64,000 nt of DNA, from the NCBI GenBank assembly GCA_030141605.1, contig JAQGDQ010000077.1:310001-374000 (forward strand). The letters are read 5' to 3'. The stretch comes from Tubiluchus corallicola (Eukaryota > Animalia > Priapulida). Positions 13,465 through 28,400 of the stretch are shown here, piece after piece. Below the pieces are notes generated by a model. That model did no database searches and was not told the origin of the DNA. It saw only the letters and a list, made by a program, of their open reading frames with translations. The first letter of the stretch is position 1; the number at the start of each line of letters is the position of its first letter. The translations under genes were made by a program, and so were the position numbers.

Positions 13465-16400
13465 TTTTTCTTTCTCTCTGTCTTGTTTTTCTTCTCTCTC
13501 ACTCTTTGTTGTACTTGTCCTGTTTCTATCTCTTTTTCCTTTTCACACCTGCATGATATTGCAAAGTGTGCAGATGTTTCGACAAAAACATTTGGACACA
13601 GGATGCTCCGCCACAAAACTCTTGGACACATATGCAATTTGGACACAAGGTGCTTTGATACTTGGGTTATTTGGACACACAGGTAATTTGAATACAGATA
13701 CCTTTTGACACGAGACACTTTGCACAAGAATTGATCACTTCTCGGCGTAGACACACGGCGTAGCTTATTTTTTGTCGTGCAGCATTAAGGAATCCTCATT
13801 GGAAAAATGCTCAGTGATGTTTTATTTTTAAGCTAAATATTAATCCCCAGTTTTGTGTCGAATTCACTTTTCTACTGCATACGTTTCCTGACAGAGACAA
13901 CGTTTGCTAACATGACTGACTATTGTTTTAATAATTTTGACAGTAGAGCATTGAAGCCATTTACCCTATAAGAAATTCAAAGCAACATAACCTCTAAAAG
14001 AGCACACGAGTTACGACAAGTGCCGCATGACGTTGATCCTTACACGCAAGCTGGTCTGAAGGTACACACTCTAGGGATGTAGATTTATTGTGTTATTATC
14101 GATTAGTGATCGGGAATTGATCAGTTTATCCTTAGGGTAACCATGCACATTGTTTTGAGGGAAGCCTTGCTTGGAGATATCAGCGTGCAGCGATGGAGAG
14201 TATGCCCAAATTTATTTTCACTTGCGGCAATTGCGGTTAGTCAGGCAGCTAGAAAAAGAATCTTTCCCAAAACAGATAATTTGTCATTCGCTTGATTAAC
14301 GTTTTTTGAGACATCAGAAAGCCACTGAATTTGGGAAAAAGCGGTTTTTAAATGTTGCTATGGTAGCGTATCCCACTTAAATCTAAATGGTTTGTGTCCA
14401 AATTACCTACGCGACCAAATCATCTGCTTTAAAATTGCAGTACAATAGGTTTAATTTATTTATAATCTAAACTCAAAACAGTTATACAGTTTGCGAATAA
14501 TCTGCGTCTGAGAATAATGTTAGGTAGCAGGTATGAGCAAAATTGATAACGATTTCTGTTGCGCTAGTATAACTCTTTCCCATAAAGGTCATGTAAAATC
14601 GAAGAATCGTGGAATTTACTGGTTTTAAAATCATTCAATAACGTGATGTATTTTGCAGACTTTTACGTAAGATATTTGTGCAGAGTAACTTTTGCTCTTT
14701 GATTTAATTAAGCGCCACGTGCCCCCGAGGTCATTAGATTTGTGATTTTTTCAGGGCGGCTACATGCTAGCTGGTGTGAATAATGCAGATTTAAACTGAA
14801 CAATAGGAACAATTTAATTTGGTTTGCAACACTTGATGTAACACTTTGACAAAAAATCAGGAATTGGCAAAGATAGGTTTTCGCATGATATCTCTTATAT
14901 AACTCGCACACGTACTGAGCTTTGATAAATAATACAGCAGCAATATAGGCGAAAAAAGATAAATAGATTGCAGTTAGTTCAAGTGACTGCAATTGAAAAA
15001 GCAAGACATACACAACTTATAGTGGAAACACACAGCTTTATGAACTCATACTTAAGCTACTCAACCAAAGATCTGGGTAAGGTACTTCCAAAGCGAGGAA
15101 TTCCTTTATTTATATTAATTTTGATAGACTCAGTTTATCATATGATATTACTCTTTTAATGTTTTCTTATTTTTACTGAACTATGTTGCGGACATTTATC
15201 ACACTCAGCTGTGCAGTAAGTCGGAGCGTGCTAAAATGTATAGGCGTGAATTTAAAAAAAGATTAAAAAGTGCACTAGGAAAAGGTTCGCCGAATTGGCT
15301 TATTCGCTTTAGCGCGATTAAATGAACTCTTAAACAAATCCTAGTAAAATATCTGAGCTCACTAATGATAAGAACGTAGCCTAGAGGTGCACTTGATTAA
15401 TTATTATGTCTAAACGAGTAAAAAAATCAACATTGTATTCTAAAAAGCAGAAACTCGTTCAAAAACTTTGAAAAATACATCACGAATATCCATTAATACC
15501 ATAGAGATTCACAAGTTCTTTGATCTCATATGAAAGAAATTTAATTTATAGACGACGTCCAGCTTGATACGGCGATAGATGAGAGCCTGGGGCTGTAGGA
15601 AGACATCCAATCAAAATATCTGTGGGAAACCAATAACTCTGATGATGTACGACCTCAGTTTACTGGGTGTGCTGCAAAGACGGCAGGAGTGACTTGATAA
15701 TGCGCGTACACGTTACGTACTGCTTAGCCAGGGAATTCACAAAAGTGCCAGTCGTAAAAAGACCTGTCGTGGTACTAGGGAGTGTGGTGCTTTTTCAAAG
15801 TTTGAAAAGCTAGGTTACAAAAATTAATAAGAGGACCTTATTTGAAACTGAGAGACTTGGTACAGAAAGTAATGCATAGTGAGGAATGGAATAAAATTAA
15901 ATGGAATAGAAGGGGAATTAGAACAGAACGATATGGAATGGAACGGATTGGCACAGGCATGTGATGGAATGGGACTGGAACAGACCGGACAGGACAGGAC
16001 AGGACAGGACAGGACAGGACAGGACAGGATAGGACAGGACAGGACAGGGCAGGGCAGGGCAGGGCAGGACAGGGCAGGACAAGACTAGGACGAGACGGTA
16101 CAGAACACGACACAAGAGAATAAACTGAATAAGTAAGAGTTTTTCAAAGAGAATCTAAAATGAGCGAAGTAGCTCGCCTTTTCTTAATTTGAAGCACTTC
16201 GGCATCTTGGCGTCCATAGGCTATAATCAGTCCTGACATTTACGATACTTGTGGGAAACCATCATCAGTATTTTGCCGAGAATTTTTGACACATGTTAAT
16301 TAAAACGAACGTACCAAATTTCCGCTCATTTTCTTCTACCAAGTAACTCTCTTTTTGTAATAATCTTTCTTCAGGAAGACATCACCATATTGTTCTTCTT

Positions 16401-19400
16401 GAGGCTTTGTAAATTTCTCGGAAGAGAAAAAAGGAAAATTTAAGAGCAAAGAACCCAATTTTCTTTTCGCGGATTGTCATTTCCTCGATTCAGGAAAATG
16501 CACAGGGTAGTTAATCACTGGAGACTTCCTAAGAGCGAGCAATAACTAATAACTTTTGTTTGCTTTGTCGCCAATGCGAATAAGATTGTCTCCATGTTAA
16601 TAGTAGTTAATTACATCGTGGCTCCATTTATTAGTTTTAACAGTTAACGCTTGTTCGACTTCTAAGTACACCTACATAATGTGCGTCACAAATCAAAATC
16701 AATCACTGCCGTGCAAGGTTTGCTATGGCCATTTGATTTGTTGGGACATCTCGAGTGTGTAAATGCTTGTATGTGCTATAGCTTTAACTTGATGATTAAT
16801 TCAGTTATGAAATAAATCAAACGTATTCTATTTTTTCACACTGTGATATCGGAAGAGGTTGGATGAGTCCACGGGACTGGAAATTACAGAGGGATGAAAG
16901 TGAATTGAAAAAATCTGAAATGACGCTAAATGATGTTGGTATTACCCAGTAACTGTAGAGGTGCGGAATGAACTGGTTTCACACAAGTACAATAACAAGA
17001 ACATGCCAATTTTGTAAAATAGTTAGTTTCTTAATTACTAATAATAAACGTTTAAAAAATAACTCCAAAGATATGAAAACATTTATTTTGTTACTAAAAG
17101 TTGTTAGCAGTCTCACGAACCATTAAAGGTTTCCTGAACAATGGTGTATAGGTGAATCTGCACCTGGTCTATCTTACCTAAATTTACTAGCTGTTAATCT
17201 GAGTATCGGAGCGGCTCACTTCAATGAAAAGCACCACGTCAGATATTCACTTCATTTTCCGAGACATTTAAATTTTGTTAAATAAAACTTAATTCACACT
17301 CTTCACATTCTAAACTGTCTAAATTGACAATGACAAAATTTATCTATGACAAAATAATAAAAAGGGGCTCATATGGTATCGCACATTCATTTCCTATAGA
17401 TTACATCTACTTCTAAAGGCGTCACTATGTACTGACTATGGAATAATGTTGCTTCTTAGTAATAAATTCTTTTATTAAAGTATAACATCGGATTTTATTG
17501 TTTAGTTTAAATGCTATTCTTGCTTTGTTAATTTAGTACTGTTGTGAGAGTTCTTGTAGTGATGTAATGAGATATAGATATTTCAACAAAGTTTGTTTCA
17601 TCATATTAAAATGCCGCATTTTTTATTCCAAACAAGTTTTTGTAATTGGGCTTAGCAGTATAGCTTGATTAAGCATTCCTAAAGTGGATGTAATAACATT
17701 GCAAATTTTCCTTTTTATATATTACAATTTTTTAAATAAAAAATAAGAATAAACGTAAAGAAAACCGAAAAATGCTCCACTGACATGCTAATTACATTGC
17801 CGCAGCCCCTGTGAAACGAAACCCAATAAAGACATTCATCCGCAAGCAGCTAAAATCGAATTTGGCTTCAATATTCCGAAGTATACTGGCGTAAAATGCG
17901 TAAATTTACATAAGGCATTATCGTAGATTTTGTGTACACGGGGAGGAAGACAGTATGGGGCCTATATTGTTGTCTCTTATGAGTTGCTAGGTTAATTCCT
18001 ATTTTCCTGGAAGGGACTTCGTGCGAAATGCAAGGATTCCATATTCATTTGGCAATGAGTTTTTGCGAATTTTGACTATTCACGTGATTGTACTTGTTGT
18101 TAGTATGGTATGGGAGAATTAATTGCAACACAAATGCTTTTGTTTTTCCTGAGCTAGTGTGTTACGTAGTATTTCAGACAAATTTTTTTCATGAATTGGT
18201 CTTGACAAAAAATTTTTAGGGACGGCCGAATTTTTAGCTCAGATGAGCACTGGAAATGAAAATGAGGAGGTAAGTTAGGAATTGACTTATTTTGATTGTT
18301 TCTATTGAAATGTCCTACTGAAACTTGACATGCTGTCAGTCTAGTAATAATGAGATAAACGTTACTTTAGTAAATTGCACATATTCCTTTGACTAAAAAT
18401 TAATTAATGAATAAAATCCAAAATGGCAGCCAAATTTGGAGCAAAAATGAATATTGTCATTTATACTATAAACTATAAAACTTTTTAGAAATAATGTTAG
18501 TAGGTGAGCCAAATTCCCAAAATTTAGTCAAAAGTACAATTAAAGTGAATAACTTCTACTAATGCATTTGGAAAAGGTACATGTCTATGTCAAAATGCCT
18601 GGTAAACCTTCCCAAGGCACACCTACATTTGTGGGCGGTACTGGTCCATTTGTGCAGGGCCACACTCAGAAAAAAACATGTTTATAAAAATTTGTGCATG
18701 GCAAGGATGAGACTGCACAGTGCAGTAGTGCAAAGTTGACTTTGTCTGTTAGTGCAGTAGTATTCTGTACAACACTGCGCACCATTGTAATCATCTAAAT
18801 AGTAGTAGAAAAATTGTGAATAGTCAATTCAGGTGCACTACCCTAAAAACTGTCCCGTCTCAGAATAGCCCAAAAATTTATTGATACCCTATTTATTTTC
18901 ACAGAATACTTTTTACTGCTGTTGTTAGTTTTACAGTAAGCAGTACACTTACAGTTTTTACTACAAGTATACTGCTCTCGGCAATGTTATGTCCGGTATC
19001 AGTGAAAGTGAGAGAGTAATTGTGCACAGGGCATTTTATGAAGCCACGCCCAAAAAACCATGTTAACTTAGAAATATTTATGTTCAAATAAAACGTAAAA
19101 CCAGCGTAGATAACCTAAGTGATTATTAAAATATGTCCGGTATCAGTGAAAGTGAGAGAGTAATTGTGCACAGGGCATTTTATGAAGCCACGCCCAAAAA
19201 ACCATGTTAACTTAGAAATATTTATGTTCAAATAAAACGTAAAACCAGCGTAGATAACCTAAGTGATTATTAAAATAGTCCATTGCATAATTTCCTTTGG
19301 CCAATTATGGGTGCATTGGTAAGAGAATACAACTTCTTCCTAGGATTAAAACATAACAAAAGTATGATATAGCTGACTTTTAATGCGTATTTTTTAAGCC

Positions 19401-22400
19401 GGTTCATATCTTCTATGTTTATCCGATGAATGATTCTTATTACTTTTTATTTGGGCCTTAGCAACCATATCATCACTGGCCTTTTTATGAGAATCTAATG
19501 CCGTTTACTCTAGGTTACCAAATATAGCTAATAATGTGATAAAAGTTATTTTTATAAGTTGGTTGCCATGGTTACTATTTATCTTAGCAACGGCATTGGT
19601 AACAAGATTAGATTGAAAAAATCTTGGGAAAGCTCGATTTTCACCATTATACAAACTGAAAACAAATCAGAACACACAGGAGGGGTAACAGTAGCTATAG
19701 TGATTATATGAAAGTTGCTTACGTTAGCAACTATGGAGCTATACTGTCGTTTTTGTATTAGCGCCTAGCATTTTCTATAACGGAAATCGTTTCGCTTAAT
19801 AACTTAAGAAACCACAGTCAATCGACTTAGCTAGATACATAATTGCCTATTGTCCTATTTCTAAAATTTGTGTAATGTTTAAATAAAAAAGTCCTGCAAA
19901 AATAAAGCAGTAGTTTTTAGAATCAGGGTGAATAATCCTGAATAATTTTACATTCCCGTGAACCTCGCTTCCTCCTGCAGGCGCCTCTGCGATCCAGCAC
20001 ATTATGGACTGCATATCTATAATAGCTGTTGGCATTGCGTGAATACATAAATATCTGATCGTAATGAAATCAGTGGGGCTTTTAGTGGCTATTATAGCTA
20101 GCACCATTCGATATAGGCAAGTTAAATAAGGTATTTTACGATATCAGCATGGCTTCAAACAAAATACAACGCGTGAAAGATAATTCCTTTTTGCGTAGTT
20201 GAAGTCACAAAGCCTGGTAATATTTAAATCCGGACGCTATACACATGTATATATGCATACGCACGAAACATTCTAAACGAAACTGTGAAGAAACAAATGC
20301 TATACATTTATTACACTATACAAAATCCAATATGTGTGGCGATACTTGTAAAAATATAGTATAATCTAATAGTTAAATAGTATGGAGTATAATGTCTTAC
20401 TATAAGGCTTAATATCGAACCGCGTTTGTTTGTGATTTTATCACCGTATTTCTACGGTGCTCATTCTTCTGGAGCTGTGAACACGGCAACGTTGACGGCA
20501 ACGTTGATAGAAGATACAATTATGCACAACGGTTGCACTTGCAGCACTGCGCGGTAGATACTTGATCATAACTTTGTAAATTTCACGTAACTTCGTGTAA
20601 TTAATTTTGTAATTTTGAAAAGTTAAAAACACTGCGCTATTATAAGATGATATTACTGTGAAAAGCCGTTTTTAAGAATGCTACAAAAACCGATCTATTT
20701 AAATCTACAGTTTAGTAATTATTCTAAGCGGATTTGAAGCTGACCATTCAGCATTTCTAGTTTATTGCCTTCTTGCTGCAGAAACAACAATAATTACTTA
20801 GGTTCTAATGTCAGTTTATAAAATATTCTTTCACGGATTTGGACGATAATCTAAAAACGTTAAGTTCAATTTATATTTTGTTTATATATGAAAATATAAT
20901 AAAAGCATATAAAGAAAACAAAAATTGAACTAAAAGTTTTTTAGATTAAGTTCATATGCATAAAGTGTCTCCTCTCCATATACATGTTTTCCCACTCTCG
21001 GTAACTGCATGACCACTCTTGTTTGGTTCACATTGTGACATTTATGTTGCTTCACTTTACTTTTAAACATTTTTATCAGACATTTGGTTTCCACGAAAAG
21101 CAGCATTTCTAAGCATTTGTCCACGGTTTTGTGGAAAAAAATGCAACAGACTTTTAACACAAATAAGCTGCATAATTGTCTATTTGTTGACGGTTGACAT
21201 TGACTAGGAGTTGAAGAATGATCCCGTTTCGTTATAACGTCTGACTTTCCGAAAAGTAATTTATCTTACGACAGTTACCTTGGGAAACCAAACTTAAAAG
21301 CTCGTTGTTTTGGATAACAAGTGAGCCTTAGAAAATCTAAATGCACTTACATTTGAGGGACTTTTCACTAAGTACGCAAAATTCAAATGATGGCGTTCAA
21401 AATTCAAAATTTTACCTGGATACTGATGATCATACTGTATGATAGGCCTTTCCTGTTCTGTAAAGATGTAGGTCCACATGAAAATGGGAGTGAAACCTTT
21501 TCACAAGGTTTCAAAATAATGATGCCAATTTAGTATAAATCTTGCATATGCGTCTTTATTTAAATCTAGATTTTATTTATTTATATTTTTGCTTAGTTAT
21601 TTATTAACCTATTCATCCCTTATTTGTCTACGTGCTCAGTAAAGCATCGGTATCATTATGCTGCAGAAAAGTTCCAAAGGTATTACAGAGGTGGTAATGA
21701 GTTAATCTTGGACACATATTTCAGACAATATTTTTTCCACTATGGGCAATTGCATATTGCATGCCTTATAAGTGTAGTAGTGACAGGCTTACTGGCGTAT
21801 TGTTAAAAAGGACAGGAAAACAAAATCAGTAAGTTGTCAATTTCTCGTTTCTTATGCTTTAAGTTATCGCCTTATTTTTGTTACTGTGATTACACTTTGG
21901 TGTTGTACGGTTTCGAATACCGAAGATCAGTGATTAAAATACTTCAGAAAAAATAAATACACTACAAAACACAACGTGCTTGTACAAAACGGCTAAAATC
22001 CACTGCAAAATGTAGAACCACACTAATTGTAGAAGTCACTAATTGTGTAATGTTGAGAACCAAGTTCTAATAGAACTCATTCACTGTTTTTTTCAGCCGT
22101 GTCCGTGGCCGTTAGCGCATTTACATTGGTGGCTATATCGTTGGAACGGTACTGTGCTATTTGCTATCCTCTACGATCAAGAAGTTGGAGGACAATGTCT
22201 CACTCATACAAGGTCATTGCGATTGTTTGGCTTCTCGCACTCACCATAACATTTCCCATCGCTGTAGTCATGAAGCAAATTAGATGGGGACCAAACAGGT
22301 AAGAATACTAAACTAATATTTTTATATTATCCAGGTTTAATCCAAAAAGGCTTTGCAAAACCATCGAAGTGTGTTATGGTTCCGGCCCACACAACTGTGC

Positions 22401-25400
22401 ATGTGGATCAGCATAATTGAGGTTTTTGAGACTGATTTGAAAATTTCTGAGGCGCCTATGATGACGAAAATAGTGATGGTGACGACGTTGACAACGATGA
22501 TGATGGTGAAACATATAAATATTTCTGGTAAGAAACAGGGAATACGTAGGCTCTTAAGCCAAAGGAACAAGCGTAGACATGCAGGTAAAGAACGTTAAAG
22601 TGGAGACAAGCAAACAACTAACTCACGTATTTTGTCAGTCGGTCATTTGGTCTGTCAGTAATCAGAAAGCCAACCAGCTAATCACAAACAGTACGTACGT
22701 TAGTATGTAAGCAAATAAAATTTTTAAAACACGCATGTAAATTAGTAGCGTGATCTGACAAGGGAAATGATAAACAAGAGCGAGTTAGTGGTCAGCTATG
22801 GGGAAGAACAGACTAAATTGAGGTCGTGGTCATGTACGTCACTTCGCCGGTGAACAAACTACCAGTAATATAGTTTAACAGTGGTACACTTCGCCAGTGT
22901 AACGTTTGGCAATGGTACATTTCGCTAGTGGTACACTTCGTCAGTGTAAAGTTTGCCAGTGATACCGTTCACCTGTGGTATACTTCACCAGTGGTACAGT
23001 TCGTAAGTGGAACAGTTCGCCAGTATAATTTCTCTACTATATGTTACAACCTTATTTCTTTAACAAAAGTTTGAGTACGTCAGTAGTACATTTTGTCAGT
23101 AAGATTTTAACATTATATAGTTAACTTATCTTTAAAGGAATATTTCAGTTCGCTAGTAGTACCTTTGGGCAGTAAAATTTCTCTACGATATGTTATTACC
23201 TTATCCTTTAAAAAATGTTTCGTTTCGTCAGTGAAAATTCGTGTACATTTCGCTAAAGGAAGACCGGACGATTGTTTAGACTCAAACTCATTTTAATTTA
23301 CTGTCCAAAATATACATTTGCTTGCCTGTAAAAGTTAACAATTGTTCCTCATATTTGAATAAATAGCTTAGAAAGTTAATTAACGGCAACGGAACACAGC
23401 TATTGCTTACGTCAGAAACTGACCACAGTTTGTGCAATGACAGGCATCTTCCCTTGCGCGTCAAGCACATTTGCGTAGGTGTTACAGTACTGCTTAAAAG
23501 CATGATGTCACGAAAAATTGGCTTTACATCATATGACGTCATGAAACTAACATAGCAGGTCATGATAATGGTAATCACGGTACCGCCTTCTATTTGTCGG
23601 CCACGCGCACGTGACAAAAAGACGCCGCTGCCAATCTTAGTATATTCACTGAGCCGCGCGGAACTTTGAAAGTTTAACGAAATTTGAGTATTCGAGGTGA
23701 TTATTATTTAATCTAAGCTTTGATTTAAAATAAGCTATTGTAGTTTTCAATATTTTACAGCATTCTTTATTCTGAATTCGTGCTTACACAATCATCCGGT
23801 TTTCCTTTAATAAAATACAGTAACGTAGGTTTCTGCCTTTATATGTTTTGCTGTCAATACACAATTTTTCTATCTATGTAATTTTGTTTCACTACTAAGA
23901 TTACTAAGATTGTAAATATTATGCATTTCAGGATTATAATTATTACGGTGATTTTCCTAAGTGCACAAACGAAAGACTTACCGAGTCTTTACAAATGTTA
24001 CTAATCGGCAAATATAAAAGTTGAAACTTTTTACATTTTTTGTGTCGGTAAGTGTTTGTCTGGCATTTAGGTTTTATCATATGTGTTAGAAAGGTAAAAT
24101 ATATGGAATATAGCAGAGAGATTTTAGTGACAAAATATACCATTGGCGAGCTGAAACATTTGTTAATAGAAATGCACCGACACTGAATACAGCAGATAAT
24201 TTTCACTGGCGAACTGTACCACTGGCTAGTTGAAACATTTTTAGAGGAATAAGGCAGAAACGTACAGCAGACAAATTGAGTGGCAGAATATGTCACTGAA
24301 GAATTGTCTGCTGGGATCACTGGTGAATTGTAACATTGGTGAATTGTACCACTGGCGAAAAGTGCCTTTGGCAAATTGCACTCCTGGCGAACTGTACCAC
24401 TGGTGAAATGTGGCACTGGCGAGACGTGCTACTGGCAAACTGTTCCATTGGCGAACTGTACCACTAGCGAACTATGCCATTGACGAAATCTCAACTGGCG
24501 AGGTTGGTGGTCAGGCATGGAAAAGCATGGACGGACAAGAAGGAAGTCGTGATCAGACAGGGGAAAACAAACAAGAGAAAGCTAACAAAATGACAGAAAA
24601 TATTTTACACTCAGGTTTATTTTACAGATACAAATGTCGAGAAGTATGGCCGTCAGTTACAGCTGAGAGAGCATTTTCACTTTTTATAGACGTGATTTTA
24701 TTTATCCTACCGTTGCTGCTGATGTTGATAGCTTATACGCTGATCTCTCGAACTCTATGGAGGAGGATAAAACTGGAAGAGGAGGATTTCCTGGCGGAAG
24801 CACAACGCAGAGCAGGTGAGAGGGGAGAGTCGGGCCGGGCTGAAAGAAGCACAAAACCTCATCTTAACATGATTTCATTTTGAAGAGATAAGTTCCAGTC
24901 CCCGTCAAATAAATTTACATGTATAGCATGCCTTGCTTTTGTGTGATCTATTTAGGTTCGGAGTCTGACTTGCTATATAAAAACACGCAAAAATGTGCAA
25001 AGCATTTGAGTGTTGTCAAAATAATAATTTAATATATCGATTTATTTTAAATAATTTAGCTTTAATGTGACCTAGCTAACGGCATAAATGCTCTCGAAGA
25101 GAAATTCAACGAAAATTAAATTGGGCACATTTTCACAGAAATTTTTGCGGTGACTCTAATATACAAGGGCTAGCCATATATCATTCAATATTTGCATAAC
25201 ATCAGTTACAAGCACAATTATTTGCGCAAGAAGCTCGTGTTGGTGGAAAGAAAAATTTCTAGTATGGTAAATAATTCGCGTCAACTAACTGGTTTAGATG
25301 CTCAGATTATGTTTCCGTCTTAGACAGATTAGCACTGGATTCACGCCAGAGTTAGAGACGAATCACATAACGTTACGAAGACCCAACTTCATTCTCTTAT

Positions 25401-28400
25401 CATCCACAAATTACTCTAATTTCTATTCGCACTGTACAATAAAATTATGGGACTAATGCTTTTATTAAGTTGCACACATGTTTATTGCTTTTGCCCACAT
25501 TCTGCATAGTTTTTCATTATACCTTGTTGTGACGTTTGATCAGGCTCCTTATATGCCAGGTTATGCAACTACATGTAGTTCCTTAATGTTAGAATTTCAT
25601 CATTAATTCTTTTCAGTTTTCATAAACAAATAAATTTAGTTAGTTGTTTGGTAATATAATGCAAGGAGTCATTCATTTTAAAATCAGATTTTACCTGCAT
25701 GTTCAATGTCGCTGTTTATGCACTGACATATAACGTGAATGCAGTTCACTTTGCATTGGTATTCGGCTCTAAGCTGGCTTAACATCATAATCTGACATCA
25801 CAAAATGATGGTCTAGTGTTTACAGTGTTTGCGTGCAGTAATAGAATTCTATCGACATGGTTATAACGATCATACTAGTGCTGTGCAGCTAACCGTTGCA
25901 TGGTACACCATTTCATGATAGAAGCCTGATGATAAGGAGTCTGAGTGACACTGGATGGGATCAGAACAAACTTGTCTGAAGATGCATCAGTAACTTCGAG
26001 AGAAGACTGGTGACAAAACTTTCAGTTGTTAATTTTCTCGATTTTAGCCAGCTTAATAACAATTGTTAATTTTTATCTGATTGTTCAATTTGAGTCGCAA
26101 TCTGTTTGTCTGTAATATATTCAAAATGCCCATTAACTTGTTAAATTTTTTATTAATCCAGTAGTTTTGTTCCTCTTATCCGACCAAGTCTTTTATTCTT
26201 TACCTAAGGGTTGCACTAAAGTCGCATACCACCCTTTTACAATAGCAAAAAATTAGACAACATCGTCACACTTGTAAATTATGGTCACTTGAATTGAAAT
26301 GAAACCTACTTTATGTTGTCCACTTCATACAATGATAATACCTCACTAAGCTCCCTTCATCTGTGCTCACGCTGCTAGGACAGTGTTGTGTGATTTAGGG
26401 AGTAATGAGGTATGTGTTGTGATTATCACCAAATCACCAGAAGTATGCATACTGGAAGTATCCAAACTTATTCTCGGTATGCAGGACACTGGTTAGCACT
26501 AGTTTAATGGTTATCAGCATGGCCAGTGATCTTTTGGTTCATTTCCTATTGTAGTTTACGTACTAGATTGCTTGTGAAAAGCTCGTGTGCCAGAAAGAAA
26601 AGCTTCTAATATGGTAAAGAGTTCGCGTCAACTAGCTTGTGACGGCGCATTTATTTTTGTGGATTGTTTTTGTCAGGATCGTGAACCTATTTATTTTGAT
26701 TAGACTCGAAAGCCCACCTCCCAAAAGAAGGTGGTTTTTATTATTAGCTATCAAATTATAGACGTGTTAAGCTCAATTACACGAATTTTCCTAAAGCACG
26801 TGTTATAGTTTGTATGTTATTTCCTCAATGTACCGCCACTACTATCTTGTACAATTTTTAGGAAAAGTTAGTCAACTACAATAATCGCAATTAACCAAAA
26901 TAAGCTCGGCATTAAATTCAACTTCTTTATTTAATAAAATCACACATACTTTGCGCATCAAAATTTTGCACATTTCATTTAAATAAAGCTGTACTAGTGT
27001 ATACAAAGATACAAGCGTACCAGCACCGGATTTACTACGTCAGAGCTCCAGTCTTGCTGTTCACTGCATCTCCTGCTGTTCACTGCAACTCCATTTCATG
27101 TCCATAGTTTCTACGTCATACCACTCCATCTCCATATCCTATTATTCCAAACCACTCGATTCGTCATTACATTCCATCAAGTTTTGACAACTCACCTTAT
27201 GGATCACAACCTCTTTGCCTTACTGCTGGCACGATAGTTACAGCTTCCTCGATACACGCCAATTTGGTATGCCTGATTCCATCCACCTACTTGCTGGGAA
27301 TCCGTCAACACAAGTCTAGATTACGTTCCGTTTTCTATGGACCTTCTTAATAGCCATTTCGCCTCGAATTAGGTTTCACAATAACACAAATCAAAGCATC
27401 CCACTCAATCTCATCAGAGAAACGTCAAAAGTGTGGACAGACCTAAGATGTGCCTGTCACACATTACGATATGCTTCAACCCAAATCTTAACTGTATGTG
27501 TTAGGCATTTTGAAAATAACTAGTGAGAGAAAAACATGCATTAAATCCAAACAGGTTGGCTGTGCCAATTTCACACCTGTAACTATGCAACTGTAGTTCT
27601 TAAAGAGGTATTTTAAATTCAAATAATTTCAAACAGCTTACTGGGTAACGTTTACAAAGTAATTTAATTAATTAAAACTGTTGATACTTACCAGTTGCTG
27701 ATTATTATGAAGTTACTTTGGCACCTGCCTGTTGCTGATGACTCTAACCCATTGTTAATGGTAGACTCGATTCATCTGAGTTTGGCGTCTGATGTGAAGG
27801 CGAGGATATTGTTACATTAATTTAGAGTTGTCAAAAATTCAGTAGACGTTGGAAGACTGGTGAAAAAGCTCTTAGTTGTTAATTTTCTTGATCTTACCCA
27901 GCTTAATCTTTTTGACTGTTGCTACTGACTTGAGTCGAAATCTATGTATTCGCAATGTATTCAAATTGTTCATTAAATTGTTAATTTTTTTACTAATTCT
28001 GTAGTTTTATTCATGTTGTCGGTCCAGGTCTTTTATTCTTCATCTAAAGGTTACATTTAAGTTATGGACCATCTTTTACAATATCAAAAAATTATGCAGC
28101 ATCGTCATACTTGTAAATTATGGTCACGTGGACTGAAACGAAACTCTAATAATACATTATGATTTATGTTATTCACTTCACTCAATCACAATACCTCACT
28201 AAGTTCAAACACAATGCTTCACTAAGATGGTTTGCCGACGGCGAATTTTCTAGTTTTACGAACAATCTGACTTTTTTGATGATCAGTGTAGCACACGTTA
28301 TTCTATTTCACTAATGCAGTTATATTAATTTTTTTAAATCACACTTTTTTGCTCGTTTTAACGTTATATCGAACTTTAAATTTCCTTGATGTTAATTTTT

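Noticed and set aside
15540-16420. GC-richer, coding-looking blocks in intron 1, each with a TGTGGGAA (Su(H)/RBPJ-like) motif
   Set aside because: All frames are interrupted, no family is recognisable, and two 8-mers 630 nt apart are weak evidence.
22842-23030. CRISPR-like array of short repeats
   Set aside because: The units are adjacent and degenerate with no unique spacers, there are no cas genes, and the context is a eukaryotic intron. It is a minisatellite.
24410-24627. N-terminal part of the 157-aa ORF as coding sequence
   Set aside because: It derives from the inverted minisatellite and intron; receptor homology starts at the 24628 acceptor.
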